Assembly (NCBI RefSeq): GCF_001194135.2
Contig: NC_068995.1
Coordinates: 3,513,142 to 3,577,141, forward strand
Direction: 5' to 3'
DNA from: Octopus bimaculoides
Lineage: Eukaryota
Length of the DNA stretch: 64,000 nt
A program made the position numbers and the translations under genes. Below the pieces are notes generated by a model. That model searched no databases. It was not told where the DNA came from and saw only the letters and a program-made list of their open reading frames with translations. This document shows positions 62,401 to 64,000 of this stretch, piece by piece (position 1 is the stretch's first letter; each line of letters begins with the position of its first letter).

Positions 62401-63037
62401 CAGTTAAAGGACCAGGCAGTGGGGGATGGTACCTTGTGGTAATTGTTCCACCTCTTTGTGTTCTGACAGCAATGTCTGTGACTGCACTGGTGCCAAGATG
62501 CATCAATCACAAATTGGTGGCCATATCCTTGGATGGACACCCGGAGCATGAATAGGAGAGACTTGTATATATATATGGACAACTGCCAGTCTTTGTCCAA
62601 GCACCTTGCCCTGACCGGCAACATCGATATGTTGAGGAATGGTCATTGTTGACCAGAGTGGGGCCCCCTACATTGTTCATTAATTATGCACATGACACTA
62701 ATTAATTGTGCTTGATATTAACATCTGCATAAATTTGGGTTTAAAGTATGTATTTGTTGTGGATGTTGTTGTTGTTGCTGCTGCTGCTTAGATTTTGAGG
62801 TAGGATACGTCCAGGTTTAGATGCAAATCAACTACAGTGCCAACTAATTTACCAATTTTTGAGATTTGACCAGAGTATCTGGAGTAAGTAATGGAGGGGA
62901 GGGGGTGGAGGGCAGTTGTGAAACATTCACATTGTTAACTGGTATTTAATTATAATTAAGACAAATTAATTGAACTAATGAAGTCAGATATTAATATAAT
63001 TTCATGCTCAGATCTTCTAAGAATCTTAGTGTGTATA

Positions 63038-63101
<64 letters not shown>

Positions 63102-64000
63102 TGAGATGATCTGTATGTATGTATATATGTATATGCATACATATACACACCAGATAATGTGTTTTCATGTACATTCTATTGTTTGTATGTCTATATGTAA
63201 AATAGTGTATATATATATACATATATATATAAGAAATAGAATGTATATATTGTAAATGCTAGGCATAACAAGTTTGAATTAAAATTCTAAGGACAATTGA
63301 AATATTCTACAAACTCTCTCTTTTTCTTTTTTCTTTCAAAACAAAAGAACAGGAAATGGGGAGAAGGGCAAAAAAGGGGTTTCCTTTCAATAGATTGGGA
63401 ACCATTTTCAATTGTGCTCCTCCCGCCCTCATCTGATTTCTTCAGCAGTGTTTTTCTTTTTTTTTTTCTTTTTAGTTACTGGGACTTCTTTAGTATCTTG
63501 ACAGTTATTTAATTAGCGTGGGTTAATTAGCGAACTAGGAAGAATCCAGCCAATCACTGGCGTTTTTTCCATGACGCATCCATGTTTTGTGCCACTCACA
63601 TCTTCATCCACATCTCTCAACACTCACCCTCACTCACTCCCTTGCTCCTCCATCCTCCACCCCCCACCTTCACACAACCTGTCGCGGGGGTGGTGGCACA
63701 GAGGATGGGGTAGGGTTTAGGAATAAAAACCCCCAAAAAACCCCCACAAAACAAAGCACCAACTTATTTTCCAGAACCACATTATATTTCCCTCTCTCAT
63801 ATTGTTATAATCACAATGTGCTGACTGGAGTTGCGGTTGGTACTACTATTACTGCCCCTCATTATTATATTCTGTGACATTTTGTGTAATTAACCTTCCC
63901 CCCCCGCCACCTCTTTCACCCACCATTCCTTCTTGGTATTCCAAAGACAGGACTGTAATCACATGGACTTAACACAATCGGGCAAGCCAGACCAGATCTG

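Overview
Eukaryotic, AT-rich, microsatellite-dense genomic DNA with about 11 large assembly gaps. The SINE families and simple-repeat landscape suggest a cephalopod, probably Octopus; this is inference from memory, not a database result. The only protein-coding gene I can support is a + strand DUSP8/DUSP16 (MKP-7/VHP-1-type) MAP kinase phosphatase. Four spliced exons (21452-21633, 22831-22978, 23274-23397, 24040-25711) join in frame to give the catalytic domain (HCLAGISRS) and a ~530-aa Ser/Thr-rich tail ending GSLEIIQVS. Its N-terminal rhodanese/KIM exons were not found in the window. The rest is intronic or intergenic and full of transposon fossils: several tRNA-derived SINE families, two R4/Dong-like and one CRE-like REL-endonuclease retrotransposon 3' ends, an L2/RTE-type 3' end, a Helitron helicase remnant, a MULE remnant, and mariner-, hAT- and piggyBac-type MITEs. 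The most interesting observations are: (i) a minimal type I hammerhead-ribozyme fold inside an inverted Penelope-like repeat at ~30.4 kb; (ii) an (ATT/TAA)n landing-pad cluster at 59-61 kb with six head-to-tail SINEs and an opposite-polarity Dong-like insert; (iii) a near-perfect 36-bp hairpin at 29.6 kb; (iv) a few orphan exon candidates. All coordinates were counted by hand, and repeat boundaries are approximate.
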